A stretch of DNA of 61,594 nt, counting the filler, from Jimgerdemannia flammicorona (lineage: Eukaryota): assembly GCA_003990765.1 (NCBI GenBank). It is 3 parts of 3 records of this genome, joined end to end, with 100 filler letters (N's around TTAATTAATTAA, not from the genome) between each part and the next. Parts side by side here need not be neighbours in the genome. Positions count along the whole stretch, not along the records: positions 1 to 20,465 come from RBNJ01001675.1; 2 more parts are not named here. The stretch is one strand, 5' to 3'. Below are positions 1 to 13,641 of this stretch, piece after piece. Numbering within the stretch: the stretch's first letter is position 1; every line of letters begins with the position of its first letter. The position numbers were made by a program, and so were the translations under genes. The notes beneath the pieces are model-generated. The model was given only the letters and a program-made list of their open reading frames with translations. It did not search any database and was not told where the DNA came from.

Positions 1-3000
1 TTTTTATTATCAAATGAGTAGATAATAGAGAAAGAGTTTAGAGCAAGATGTGATACTATTACAGTAGATATGAAGGTTGGTGGTAAGAGGTTAAGTAAGA
101 AAAGATAATGATCTTATATGAATTTTTATAATGGAATAAGGAGGCAGAATAAAGTGTTTTCCAAAGCAAGGTACAATTGATCTACAACCTGCTCTTGGCA
201 CTACAGTATATGGTAGTCTTTATTCAAAATTGAGAACAAAGTTCAGGTAAACAAAGACACAGATCTAACCCCAGAATTCTGGAATTGGAATGGTGTATAA
301 TATACCCAGACCTTGCCTCAATCCAAACAAAAATTTGAATCAGGCTTCATCAATCTATATACATGATGGGCCATTAAAAACTCGATATAGAAACAATTGG
401 GAAAAGGTACCAGTCATATGATCAAATGTTATATATATACATATAAACAAATACCAAAAACAGAACTAGACTAATGATAATCACATATCATCATGTAATT
501 GTCACTTGTAGGTTTAAAACCCTAAAAATTATTAGCATCTGAAGTTGCAGGTATCAGGCCTAGAGCCTCAGCACTAGAGTGAACAAAGTGAGCAGAGGTA
601 GATAGGTATCATGGAGTATAGATATGCAGGCATCAGGCTTCGAGCCTCATGCCAGAGGTTGTCTGGTAATTTTTCACATTTTTAAACATCACATGGTACA
701 TATGGGCAGTGTGCCTTCAAGGAGGACTTAGAGCAAAGCTGGTATTTGAGATGGTATTCAGAACAGTAAAACCATTCTTCTAGGCAATGATTGGTCATTG
801 GGTGGTCACAGGGAAACCAAAACAAAGCAAAGTGGTATGTAGAGTCTTATCAGGCTGTTGATGTAGCTATTGGGCCATGTTGTATTGGATGACAAGCAAT
901 AGAGGAGGAAAAGTGGAGTGGGGGATAGGGGAGTAGAAAATAAGGAGAGGAGTAAGAAGTGAAGTTCAGACCTCAAGCCAATCAATCAAACTCAACTGAG
1001 CAGTTACAACATCAACAGGGTATCCTTTCCTGTGAACCAGAAATTTGGCCAAAGACTAACACTCATTAAGTCAATCATGATAAGAAGAGTAGAGGAGTGA
1101 TAGGTGGCAGGCCTCATTCACAATGCATAGACGAAGCATCTTCCTAGGATGATTACTCAACCAGTTAACAAACTGAGTACTATGTGGAAATTTGGCAAAG
1201 CAGCCTATGTAGAATAGTATGACTCAGATTTCCAGGTCCAGGTAATGATATGGTCTAGCAGACAAGACTTCTCATTTGATATGATAGTACAGAGGATAAA
1301 CAGTATCAAAAATTGAGGCCAAGTTTATAATTACTATAAAGACAATAAGATCATTGATATAGCAGTAGAACTTTAGCCTAGTGGTGATAGCTTAGCTAAG
1401 TGGATGATCAGGCACTTGCAAGGCATGCAACTCATGGGCAAAGCCAACAAGATTGGTAAGATCTAGAGTACAATTAGTATCCATAGTAATACCAGTCACT
1501 GAGTAAAAGGAACCAATGGCAGATGTAAATATTGTACAAGTCATGACTATGCAGACAAAGTTGAGAATGACATCACGTGGTAATGAGCCAGGGGAGAAGG
1601 CCATAGTTGACAAAAAAGTGAGATAGTCAATATACTCATCTAGTGTGATCCTGGTGTAGAATATGGCAAAATCCCCAGTAGCAATAAGAGAATAAGCAGA
1701 CATATCAAGGTAATCTGATTGAACTAATTGTAGTAGTTCTAATATATTATGTAGAGGTAAATAGCACAAGAAACCTATATTATAGTATAGATGGGCCAAC
1801 TACAGATAGAGAAAGCAAGATAGAAAATATAAAATCTCAGTTATGGGAGAGTTAAATGCACTAATGATTAGGTACTATACTATATATAACCCTTTGTATA
1901 CCTTGGGCAACATATGAAACATGGGAAACTTGCAATCATTGGGCTCTATGAAGTGTTCCCAAATCAGTATACAATTCAAGTCACTAATATAAAACTCAAG
2001 TAGACCAAGCAGGTCTAGTCTTACTGATTCCTTAACATTATCAATTATAGAGAAATCATTCACGTATACAGGATCAAGAAGGAGAGACCAAAGACTGTTA
2101 AGATATAGAGTATGCAGAATGACAGTACACTCCAAATTCTTGTCAGTAAGACAGACAGATAAGTCTTTATGAGTACAGATGTCTTTGAGAAGGCATTGGA
2201 ACTTCTTTGGTATAAGTATGCCAGACACATTCATCATGAGTCAGACAGCTTGATTCAGCATAGTACTCATATAAAGCATAATTTGCATATTTTCCATATA
2301 GTCTGGTGGTTACTATTTAGATGGCACCCAGACAGAGATCTCTGGAACATTATCAAGATTACCCATAGAGGTTCAGAAGGTAGCTAGGTCAAGTTGCCAT
2401 TAGAACAACAATAATAAAATTGGATCAATAGTACTGTTCATTGATACCAACCTGGAGAGAACAAACTTAGGGCCAAAGTTCAGCATATATGTAAGCTTGG
2501 GGGTAAGCTAAGTAGAGGTATATCAGTAACAAAGCTCTCCTCAGTAAATATCTGAAACTGAGGGATAAAGAACTGACTTAATTGAGAACTGAGAAGAGAA
2601 GATACAAAGGCAAAATTCTGAATTGGTATTGAGGCCACTACTCTATGTAAAATGGAGACATCAGGGCCAAACTATGCTGCTGGAAAGTCATATAAGATAT
2701 CCGGGCTAGGGACCTCTAGTTTTTTGAAACCAGAGGACAGATATCACTGGCATTGTACCAGATGACATGACATTTGACAGTAGTATACTTATTGCACTAC
2801 AGTACAAAAGCTCTGATAGTGCTCTTAGATAAGCAGCTCGAAGTTGATAAGTGGCTAGTCCCAGTAGAAGCAGATGAAATGGACAGAGAAAGTGAAGCCT
2901 TGTGTGCTTGCTTGACACCTTTTACAGAACCTACTGACATGGCAGAAGATAGGAGGCATCCAGAATAGCTACAGTAGTTCAGTGCAGTAGAGGTTGAAGT

Positions 3001-4354
3001 CACACTTACTTCCTTAGCCTTTCCCACAGCACCTGCAGACATAGCAGTAGAGGGTTAGAGAGTAGGGACACTCTTTTTCAGTCAGGCAGAACTAGTGGCA
3101 GCAGAAGCAAACATGTGTTTAGCACCTGGAGTAACAACCTCAAGATGCTTCTCAAGCTCCTCAACTATGGCTTTATAGGTGGCAGTAGAAATCCCATCTT
3201 GCAGAGATGAGGATATAGGGACAGTCAGGCAGACAGTGGCAGCAGCAGCCTTAGCAGCAGTGGCAGTGGTAAGATGGTGAGATTGATGCATGAAAATGTC
3301 AAAATCTTGGAGCAAGAACAAGTTTGTCTTGGCCCAGTTGGAGGCAGCAAGGGTAGCAACATTTTACTAACCCCTTGTGAGATATTGGCAGAAAGGCCAA
3401 AAAAGGTATAAGTTTCTGTTGATGCTTGCATGACTTTGTTGATTTTAGTATACTAGTCCTTAGTATGCTGGGTGGTGGCAGCTTGATCAGTTACAGCAGC
3501 CTTGATTGCAGCCATAGTATGGTGCTTAGCTTCTGCAGATATAGTAGTAAGAGTGGTAGTATGCTGTTCCTCTGGTAGGAGGGTAATCATAACAGCTACT
3601 TTCTTGGAAGCAGTAAACTTCCAGTCAGCAACCTGGGTGTGTAGGAAGTCAGTGCAGTGTTCTTTTATAGCAGTAATCTCGAGGGTAGAAAGCACTTCAG
3701 TATAAGCAGTATGGAAGAGAGCTGGGATCTTGACCAACATAGTAGTGACATAGGTGGCTAGGTTATTGAACTCCACCAAATTGGTGAAGGAAGTGAAGGA
3801 GATAGTAGCATTGCCATCTACATTTATATTATTTGTCATGTTATGTATTATAAAATAAGTAGATAATAGAGGAAGAGTTTAGAGTAAAATGTGATACTAT
3901 TATAGTAGATATAAAGATTAGTGGTAAGAGGTCAAGCAAGAAAAGACAATGATCTTATAGATAGAACAAGGAAGTGGAATAAAGTATTTTTCAAAGTAAG
4001 GTACAATTGATCTATAACCTGCCCTTAGCACCACAGTACATGGTGGTCTTTATTCAAAATTGAGAACAAAGTTCAGATAAACAAAGACATAGATCTAACC
4101 CCAGAATTCCAGAATTGGAATGGTATATAATGTACCCAGACCTTACCTTGATCCAAATAAAAATCTGAATCTGGCTTCATCAATCTATATATATGATAGA
4201 CTATTAAAAACCCAATATAGAAACAATCAGAAAAAGGTACTGGTCATGTGATCAAATGTTACACATACATAAACAAATGCCAAAAATGGAACTAGACCAA
4301 TGATGATCACATGTCATCACATAATTGTCACTTATAGGTTTAAAAACCTAAAAA
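1..4354 (-). mobile_element. Penelope-like retroelement family A, degenerate copy (left arm of giant palindrome)
   Basis: Reverse complement of ~4516-8946. RT fragments FHMLPKVYK (1875..2237) and GDFAIFYTRI...GITMDTNCTLDLTNL (1392..1799); ORF1 fragment 3453..3839; terminal repeat at 1-675 repeated at 3848-4360. Confidence 0.85.
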
Positions 4355-5044
4355 TCACCAGACAACCTTTAGCATGAGGCTCTAGACCTGATGCCTGCAT
4401 CCCTATACTCCATGATGCCTGTCTACCCTGCTCACTTCACTCACTCTGGTGCTAAGGCTCTACTCTGCTCTGGTTGCAAGGCTCTAGGCCTGATACCTGT
4501 ACCTTTAGGTACTAATGATATTTAGGTTTTTAAATCTATAAGTGATAATCATATGATGACACATGATCATTATTGGTCTAGTTCTGTTTTTGGCATTTGT
4601 TTATATATGTGAAACATTTGATCACATGACCATTACCTTTTTCTGATTGTTTCTATATTAGGTTTTTAATGGTCTATCATATATATAGATTGATAAAGCC
4701 TGATTCAGATTTTTGTTTGGATTGAAGCAAGGTCTGGGTATATTATGTACCATTCCAATTCCAGAATTCTGGGGTTAGATCTGTGTCTTTGTTTATCCAA
4801 ACTTTGTTCTCAATTTTGAATAAAGACTACAATGTACTATAGTACTGAGGATAGGTTGCAGATCAATTACATCTTGCTTCAGAAAATACTTTATTCTACT
4901 TCCTTGTTCTATCATGAAACTTTATATAAGATCATTGTCTTTTCTTGCTTGATCTCTTACCACCAACCTTCATATCTACTGTAATAGTATCACATCTTGC
5001 TCTAAACTCTTTCTCTATTATCTACTTGTTTTATAATATACAAC

Positions 5045-6215
5045 ATGATAGATAATATGAATGTAGATGGTGATGCTGCCATCTCTTCTACTTCCTTTGC
5101 CAATTTGGCAAAGTTTGACAACCTGGCCACCTATGTCACTACTATATTAGTTGAGGTCCCAGCTCTCTTCTGTACTGCTTGTACCAGAGTACTTTCCACC
5201 CTTGAGATTGCTGCTATGAAAGAATACCATGCTGACTTCCTATGTATCCAGGTTGCTGACTGGAAGTTTACTACTTCTAAGAAAGTAGCTATTATGATTG
5301 CCCTCCTACAGAAGGAACAGCATACTACTGCTCTTGCTACTGCTTCTCCAGAAGATAAGCACCATGTTATGGCTATGATCGAGACTGCCATGACTGATCA
5401 AGCTGTCACTGCCCAGTATACTAAGGACCAGCATGCTAAAATCAACAAAGTCATACAAGCATTGATAGAAGCTTATACCTTTTTTGGCCTTTCTGCCAAT
5501 ATCTTACAAGGGATTATTAAGAATGTTGCTACCCTTGCTGCCTTCAACCAGGCCAAGACAAACTTGTTCTTACTTCGAGGTTTTGATATTATTGTGTATC
5601 AATCTCACCAACTTGCCACTACCACTGCCACTAAGGCCGCTGCTGCTACCATTCACCTGACTGTCCCTGCATTCTCATCTCTACAAGATGAGATTTCTAC
5701 TACTACTCACAAAGCCATAATTGAGGAGCTTGAGTAGCACCCCAAGGTTATTACTCTGGGTACTATACATACATTTGCTTCTGCTGCTGCCAGTTCCACC
5801 TGACTGAAAAAGAGTGTCTCTGCTCTCTGATCCTCTACCACTATGCCTGCAGGTGCTACAAGAAAGGCTAAGGAAGTGAGTGCAACTTCAACCTCTGTTA
5901 TGCTAAACTGCCATAGCTGTTCTGGATACCTTGGTGTGCCTACAAAGGGCCACTGAGGTCCTTGCCCCCTATCCTCTGCTATATCAGTGGGTTCTATAAA
6001 AGATGTCAAGTGAGCATGCAAGACTTTGCCTTCTCCATTCATTTCATCTGCTTCTACCAGGACCAGCCACTCATCAACTTTGAGCTACTTGTCTAAGAGC
6101 ACTGCCAGAGCTTTTGTGCCATAGTGCAACAAGTGCACTGCTGCCAAATGTCATGTTATCTGGCATAACACCAGTGATGTCTGTTCTCTGATTTCAAAAA
6201 ACTAGAGATCCCCAG
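5045..6215 (+). pseudogene. PLE-A ORF1: Ala/Thr-rich helical protein with C-terminal Cys/His motif, interrupted by stops
   Basis: ORF 5045..5737 followed by further coding-like sequence ending in CNKCTAAKCHVIWHNTSDVC at 6125-6184; homologous fragments on the minus copy at ~2700-3839. Confidence 0.7.
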
Positions 6216-6299
6216 TCCAGATGTCTTATATGACTTTCCAGCAGCATGGTTTGGCCTCAATGTCCCCATTTTACATGAGATAGCAGCCTTGACACTAAT

Positions 6300-8250
6300 T
6301 CAGAATTTTGCCTTCAAGTCTTCTCTTCCTGGTTCTCAATTAAGTTAGTTCTTTATCTCTCAGTTTCAGATATTTACTGAGGAGGGCTTTGTTACTGATA
6401 TACCTCTGCCTTGGCTTACCTCTGAGCTCATGTATATACTGAACTTTGGCTCTAAGTTTGTTCTCTCTGGGTCAGCATTGATGAACAGTACCATTGATCT
6501 AATTTCATTATCATTATTCCAACAGCGACTTGACCTAGCTATCTTCTGGACCTCTATGGGTAATCTCAATGATGTTCCAGAGATCTCTGCCTGAGTGTCA
6601 TCTAAATGGTGACTACCACACTATATGGAAAATATGCAAATTATGCTTCATATAAGTGCTGCACTAAATTAAGCTATCCAACCCACAACAAATGTGTCCA
6701 GTGCACTTGTACCAAAGAAGTTCCAATATCTTCTCAAAGATATCTATACTCATAAAGACTTCACTGTCTATCTTACCAATAAGAATTTGGGGTTCACTAG
6801 CATTTCTCATGCTCTATATCTTGATGGTCTTTGGTCACTCCTTCATGATTCTATATATGTGAATAATTTCTCTATGATTGATAATATTAAGGAATCAGTG
6901 AGGCTAGACCTACTTGGTCTACTTGAGTTCTATATCAATGACTTAAATTGTATGCCAATTTGGGAATATCTCATAGAGCCCAATTATTGCAAGTTATCTG
7001 TATTTCATATATTGTCCAAGGTACACAAAGGAGTATATATATAGCATGGCACCCAATCATTAGTACATTTAACTCTCCTACAACCAAGATTTCATGTTTC
7101 CTATCTTGCTTTCTCTATCTGTGGTTGGCCCATCTGCACTATAATATGGGTTTCTCATACTATTTACCTCTATGTGATATGTTAGAACTACTATAATTAG
7201 TTTGATCAGATTATCTTGATGTGTCTGCTTGTTCTTCTGTTGCTATTGGGGATTTTGCCATATTCTACACCAGGATCACACTAGATGAGTGCATTGACTG
7301 CCTCACTTTTTTATTGACTGTGGCCTTCCCCTCTAGCTCATTGCTGCTTGATGCCATTCTCAGCCTTGTCTACATAGTCATGATTTGTATGATGTTTACA
7401 TCTGTTATTAGTTTCTTATGCTCAGTGACTGGTATTGCTATAGGTACTAATTATACTATGGATCTTGCCAATCTTGTTGACTTTGTCTATAAGTTGCATG
7501 TCTTGCAAGTGCCCAATCATCTGCTTAGCTGAGCCATCACCACTGGGCTAAAGTTCCACTACTATATTAATGATCTTATTGTCTTTACACCTGTAATTAT
7601 GGACTTGGCCTTGATTTTTAGTACTATTTATCCCTTGTATCATCATATTGAATAGAAAGTCTTGTCTACTAAACTGTGCCATTACCTGGACCTGGAAATC
7701 TGAGTTGCACCATTCTACACTGATCACTTTGCCAAATTCTCATATAGTACTCAGTTTGTCAACTAGTTGAGTAATCATTCTAGAAAGATACTCTGACTAT
7801 GCATTGTGAATGAGACCTACTGTCTATTGCTCTTCTGCTCTTCTTGCTGTAATTGGCTTGATGAGTGTTAGTCTTTGGCTGAATTCCTAGTTTATAGGAA
7901 AGGATACCCTGTTGATGTTATAACTGCTCAGTTGAGTTTGGTTGATTGGCTTGAGGTCCAAACTTCACTTCTTACCCCTCTCCTTATTTCCCACCCCCCC
8001 ATCCTCTACTCTGCTTTTTCTCTCCTATTACTTATCATCCAATACAATACAGTCTGATGGCTACATCAACAGTCCAACAAGACTCTATATATCACTTTAC
8101 TTTATTTTGGTTTCCCTGTAACTGCCCGATGACCAATTATCACCCAGAAGAATGGTTTTACTATTCTGAATGCCATCTCAAATATCAGCTTTACTCTAAG
8201 TCCTCCTTGAAGATTGCACTGCCTGTATATACTGTGCAATGTTTAAAAAT
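6300..8250 (+). pseudogene. PLE-A reverse transcriptase, no GIY-YIG endonuclease seen
   Basis: ORF fragments 6694..7044, 6948..7196, 7221..7532 and 7875..8057 carry PLE RT and thumb motifs; the coding region runs into the pseudo-LTR shortly after the thumb. Confidence 0.8.
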
Positions 8251-8971
8251 ACAAAAAATCACTGAACAACCTCCAGTGCAAGGCTCTAGGCCTAATACCT
8301 GCATACATACCTATACTCTATGATGCCTGTCTATCTCTGCTTGCTTCGCTTGCTCTGGTGCTAAGGCTCTACTCTACTCTGGTCACAAGGCTCTAGGCCT
8401 GATACCTGCACCTTTAAGTACTAATGATTTTTAGGTTTTTAAACCTATAAGTAACAATCATATAATGACATATGATCATTATTAGTCTAGTTCCGTTTTT
8501 GATATTTGTTTATGTATGTGTAACATTTGATCATGTGACTGGTACCTTTTCCCAATTGTTTCTATATCTGGTTTTTAATGGCCTATTATGTGTGTAGATC
8601 AATAAAGCCTAATTCAGATTTTTGTTTAGATCAAGACAAGGTCTGGGTATATTATATACTATTCCAATTCTAGAATTCTGGGGTTAGATCTGTGTCTTTG
8701 TTTACCTGAACTTTGTTCTCAATTTTGAATAAAGACCGCCACATATTGTGGTACTGAGGGTGGGTTGCAGATCAATTGCACCTTGCTTTAGAAAACACTT
8801 TATTCTGTTTCCTTGTTTCATCATAAAAATTCACATAAGATTATTGTCTTCTCTTGCTTGACCTCTTACTGTTGACCTTCATATCTGTCATAACAGTATC
8901 ACATCTCACTCTAAACTCTTCCTCTATTATCTACTCATTTTATAATAAAAAAAAAAAAAAAAAAAAAAAAA

Positions 8972-11900
8972 GATATTGATAGAATGATGTGAGATAACTA
9001 GAGGGTTTATACTCTTTGAGTAAATAGACTTGAGATGAAGATAGATTGAGTACTGATAGCTGACTGCTGAGAGATAGATATTTGGATGGCTTTAGAGATA
9101 GAGTAGTATCTGTGGCTAACTATTAGGGACTATTGAGATATGACTGATTTGGAAGGAGTAGAGATAGATCTGAATATTAGTATCTCAATTTCCCTATATT
9201 AGAGAAGAAGGAGTTGTGAGATATATGAGTAACTGATATTGAGATGAAGATTGCTTATTGAAAAGGTAAGAGATCTCTAGTGGGGGTCTACTAGGTAAAG
9301 TTGAAGGAAGCTGCCAAGTTATATTAAAGTAAGGCTAGCAGATTTTGAGAGGCTTAGCAGAGAAGGTAGATAAGGTGGGCTTCCTGCAGAATGAAGATAT
9401 TGTAGCTGGTGGACTAGAATATTAATACAGAAGGATGTGGTGGACTGAAGGCTAGAGCAGACTCAGCTGAAGATAGAGGAGTTAAAGAGAGTATTGAGAG
9501 AGAAGAAGAAGACTCATATATAGGATATGGCAGCTCAGCTGAGGTAGCAGAGGCTTGAGGAGAGCAAGAGGCCAACTAACTATTTATTTTAGCTTCTATA
9601 GGTGAGGAGAGTCAGATAGTAGTAACATAGGGTACTTAATGAGGAGGACATCTAGATCATTGAGATGTAGAGAATCTTGAGTTTATTGAGATATAGATAG
9701 AGAGATATATAGAGTGAGAAGGAGGGTAATATGATAAGAGAGAGATTGAGTACTATCTGGAGGATTGGTATCCTCTAGAAGTAGATGATCTTGAGAAATT
9801 AGCTCAATCAGTCTGAGGGAAAGAAATTTTGAGTATCTTGTTAACTACAAAATAGAGCATAGCTCTCAGTAAGAATGTCCTGTCTTGGGACTTTTGGAAG
9901 AAGATAGTGGAAGTCACATAGGTCTTAGTGGAGATAGTAGTAATATATAACTTGGTCCTTATATCTGTAGAGTAGGTTGGAGATCAGAATCTTAGTCTAG
10001 TGATATTGCTTTATAAAGATAAAGGCAGGAGAGAGGATTGGAAGTACTGGAGACAGATTATGCTTTTGGATATAAACAGAAGTTAGTCATGAAGGTAATT
10101 GTTATGAGATTATAGAAGATAGCTCAATAGATATTTGGGGTTAAACAGAGAGACTTTGTTAGTAATAGTCTGATAAGAGATAGAATGGCCTGAAATTACA
10201 ATATAATTGAGGGGGCAAGAGCTAGCAGACTAGATAGCTAGTTGGTTTCTTAAATCAGAAGAAGGCCTATGATTAAGTACAGTGAGTCTGGCTTAAGAAG
10301 ATATTGGAGAGAATTAGTATCTCTTAAAAATTTTAGCTAGTAATGATCAGTCTTTTGAAAAATACCTGAGCTGTAATCTTGTATAATAGTCATTATAGGG
10401 TCTCATTCTTATTGAGAAGAGGAGTCCTCCAGAGGGACCTACTGTCTCTTATTCTATATATACTATTATTAGAATCTTTGATAGATAGGATTTACCATAG
10501 GATATCAGGGCATTTAGTATAGGTGGTTTGGAAGGTTGGGGTCTTTATAGATAATATAGTAGTGGGACTTAGCTCTATTGATAATATTGATAAGCTGAAG
10601 GCTACTGTTGACTTGTACAAGGAGTGCTCTGGAGCTAAGCTTAACTGGCATAAGTATGAGATAATAGTATTGAAGAATAGTTTAGTAGATAGAGATATTG
10701 TGGGTACTATTGTCTCAGTAGAGGAGATAGTATAGTATCTAGATATATTCCTATTAGTATATAGATCAGTTTTGCTCAGAGTTTGGTGGAAAGAAAGATG
10801 GTAGAATGGAAGAAGGTTTTTCAGAGTTAGGGGGGGTACTATATCTTTCTTGTCAGATGGGTGTCAATTTTTTATATCTACTAGTTGTCAAAGTTATAAT
10901 ATCTGATATATTACATGAAATTTCTAGAGTAAGTGGTGAGGAGATTGTTGAAGATAGGTAAGAGCTGGATTTGGATAGAAAGGCAGAGTTAGATATGTTG
11001 GGAGATCTTAACTGCTCTGGTGAATAGAGGAGATTTAGATCTAGTAGACTTTCTAAAGAGATTATTTTGTCTTAGAGCTTAGTGAATGAAGAGAGCTATT
11101 GAGTTGCAGGGTAGAGAGTAGTTGTCTTTGATACAGAAGGTCTGAGAGGTGACATTCTCCCCTAGAGAATCTTTTGGTGATTTATTGTCAATAATTATAC
11201 TGAGATAGTAGATACTTATAATATAAAGAATTCTAATAGAAAGTGGTAAGGAGGGCTCACTATATTGATCTATATTAGTAGAGTAATAAGGGGGAGACAC
11301 ATTGGAGAACTACAATATAGAGATAGAACAGGCTTTTATTAAGTAGAGTACTAGTTATAGAATTCAATATTAGTACTAGTATTGAGTCTCAATGGAGAGT
11401 GGGACAGAATTTGTAGCCAGTAAGCTCATAGTTAGCAGGCATTGATAAGATATAGAACTAGACTAGAGTCTGGTCCTGAAGTACTGAGAGATAGTAGTAG
11501 TATTCTCTAAAGTTCTGAGTAATGTAGTAGTATATCTTTAAAAGAAATATCATACTGAACTTTAAATTGGAATAATTGGAAAAAGGAGGGTTTTTAAGTT
11601 CAAAGATTGTTATAATATCAGACAGGAGAGAGAAATTGTACAGAAGCCAGAATATTGGTTGAGTGAGTATAATATACTTAGTGACTTCTGAAAAGTAGTT
11701 GGGGGTTGTCTAGAGATAAGGCATTGAGGGGAGGTAGGATGATTTGAGAGAGCAGTTAGTAGATTATATTGATAATGGATAGCTTATAGTTAAGTAGATA
11801 CATATTGGTAATGTGAGTTAAGTTGGTTAGATATTAACAATATGTTTTCAAAAATAGAAGACAGATGATTTTGAGAGAGAGGGTAGTAAGGTATGAAGGA

Positions 11901-12183
11901 TTGATAGTAAATGTTCTGTCAGATTGATAAAGAGAATAGAGCTCTTAAGAGGATTACTTAAATATATATTTAATAGTAGAATATGTATAAGAAGTAATAG
12001 ATAGTTTGAGATAATTAATAATCTGGTAGTTTTTAAAAGAGTGAGAGTAGGGGAGAAAAAGTGTTTTGAGATAGAGTAGGGTAGAGTTGGGTTAGAGTTA
12101 CTAGTGTGGTATGAGAACTATATGTTTGTTATATATTAGTTAATAAAAGAGCCTAGTACTTATAGAAGAAAAAAAAAAAAAAA
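8972..12183 (+). mobile_element. L1/Tx1-like LINE, 5'-truncated and heavily mutated
   Basis: ORF 10523..10735 (WKVGVFIDNIVVGL...SGAKLNWHK) matches the RT at 42295..43758; GV.QGDPLS remnant near 10417-10450; AATAAA then A-run ending 12183. Confidence 0.85.
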
Positions 12184-13641
12184 TAGAACAGAAGTTAATA
12201 TAGAAGATACCTACTCATATTGAAATGATGATTAAAAGATAGCCTAGAATAGACTATTCTTTAGTGAGGACTGATGTAATAAGTCAGGAGAGAAATATAC
12301 TAAGTTATCATCTAAATCAGTTATTATAATTTAACTATATACTATACTAGGCAACCAGGATAGCTCTATTATATAAATTTATATAAATAATTCAGATAGC
12401 CAAATAAGGGCATAAATAGTTCCTAACCAGTATACTATATCAGAATTTAAGATTAGTATTCCTAGCTAGTATATTGTATTAAAATTTGAGATTTATATTT
12501 CTAATAGAAATAGCTAAATATTATTAGAAATAGTAATCTATAGTTAGTTATATAATAACTAGATAGTATCTATAATTATATAAAATACTCTAAGATTTGA
12601 GTAAATAAACCTTAGTCCAAAAAGTTTAAAAGTAAAAGTCAATTATCTACTATACTTAGAAAAAATATCTACTAAAAGCCTCTTAATTCAGGAAGAATTG
12701 TAATATTTTAGAGATATGTTTACCAATAAGCTACTGCAAACTTTGCCTTATTTTTACTCTAATTCACTTTCTGATAGAAAGCCTGATTTTTTACAAAGTT
12801 TAAGTAAAGAACTTTACTATCATTTTTAAATAGTTTGCTAATTTAGGAAAAATCTGTACTATCAAAGTTATTTTCAAATAGTCTACTAATTCTATCTAAT
12901 TAGAAAATTATCTATATTATGCAAATTTGTACCAGAAACTATTGAACATTTTATTGCTTTTTAATAAAGTAACTGGGAGCTCATACTAAACTACATAGTA
13001 GCTCTAACTTTATAATTTATCTCTATTGAGCTAACATATTATAATAGTTATATTCAAAGCTCATAGCTCAGTTCACATATTGGCTGATCATATTCAAAGC
13101 CAAACAATAGGTAAAATATATAAATAAGTTCTTTAAGTTACTACTGAGGAGGAAGAAGGCCCAGTGGGAGCCAAGGGAGCAAACCCAGAGCCAGTGTCAA
13201 AGCGAACAGAAGACATGTGGAATAGCATGTATAAGGGAGACGAACAAAGAACGTAACCAAAAATGCATCAGCCATTTATTGCCATGTAAAAATGCAGTCC
13301 TTATATACAAAAAACGACATCCCAAAAGGGAGGATGTGCCACAACTCAGGGCGAACCGAATTAGGAACCACATGACTGCTGGAGATAAGCGGAGATAAAG
13401 GGGGAGCCAATCCCAATTGCAGGATAAAAATCACAAACAAACACAAACAAAACAAATCCAAATCGAGATTAAAAAACATCTACAGACCTCGGAGGAGTGA
13501 GCACGAGCGAGGGGTGAGGCCAAAATGGAGTGAGCTGCAGTGAGCCCAAGTGAAGTGAGGGGCCGAAGGGAGTGGAGGGGAGCGGAGTGAGGCCGAGACC
13601 CCAGAGTGAGCGTGAGACCCTGGAGGGGGCAAGAATGTTTT

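Larger units (their letters stand above)
4355..8946 (+). mobile_element. Penelope-like retroelement family A, degenerate copy (right arm, including the shared central loop), followed by an A-run
   Basis: Direct pseudo-LTRs ~4351-5036 and ~8254-8946; ORF1 from 5045; PLE-type RT motifs FHILSKVHK..AWHPIISTFNSPTTKIS, GDFAIFYTRI, GIAIGTNYT..LANL, RKGYP; A-run 8947-8971. Confidence 0.85.

Noticed and set aside
12690..12750. FRDMFTNKLLQTLP remnant resembling the Gypsy PR-RT linker
   Set aside because: Too short and decayed to define an element.
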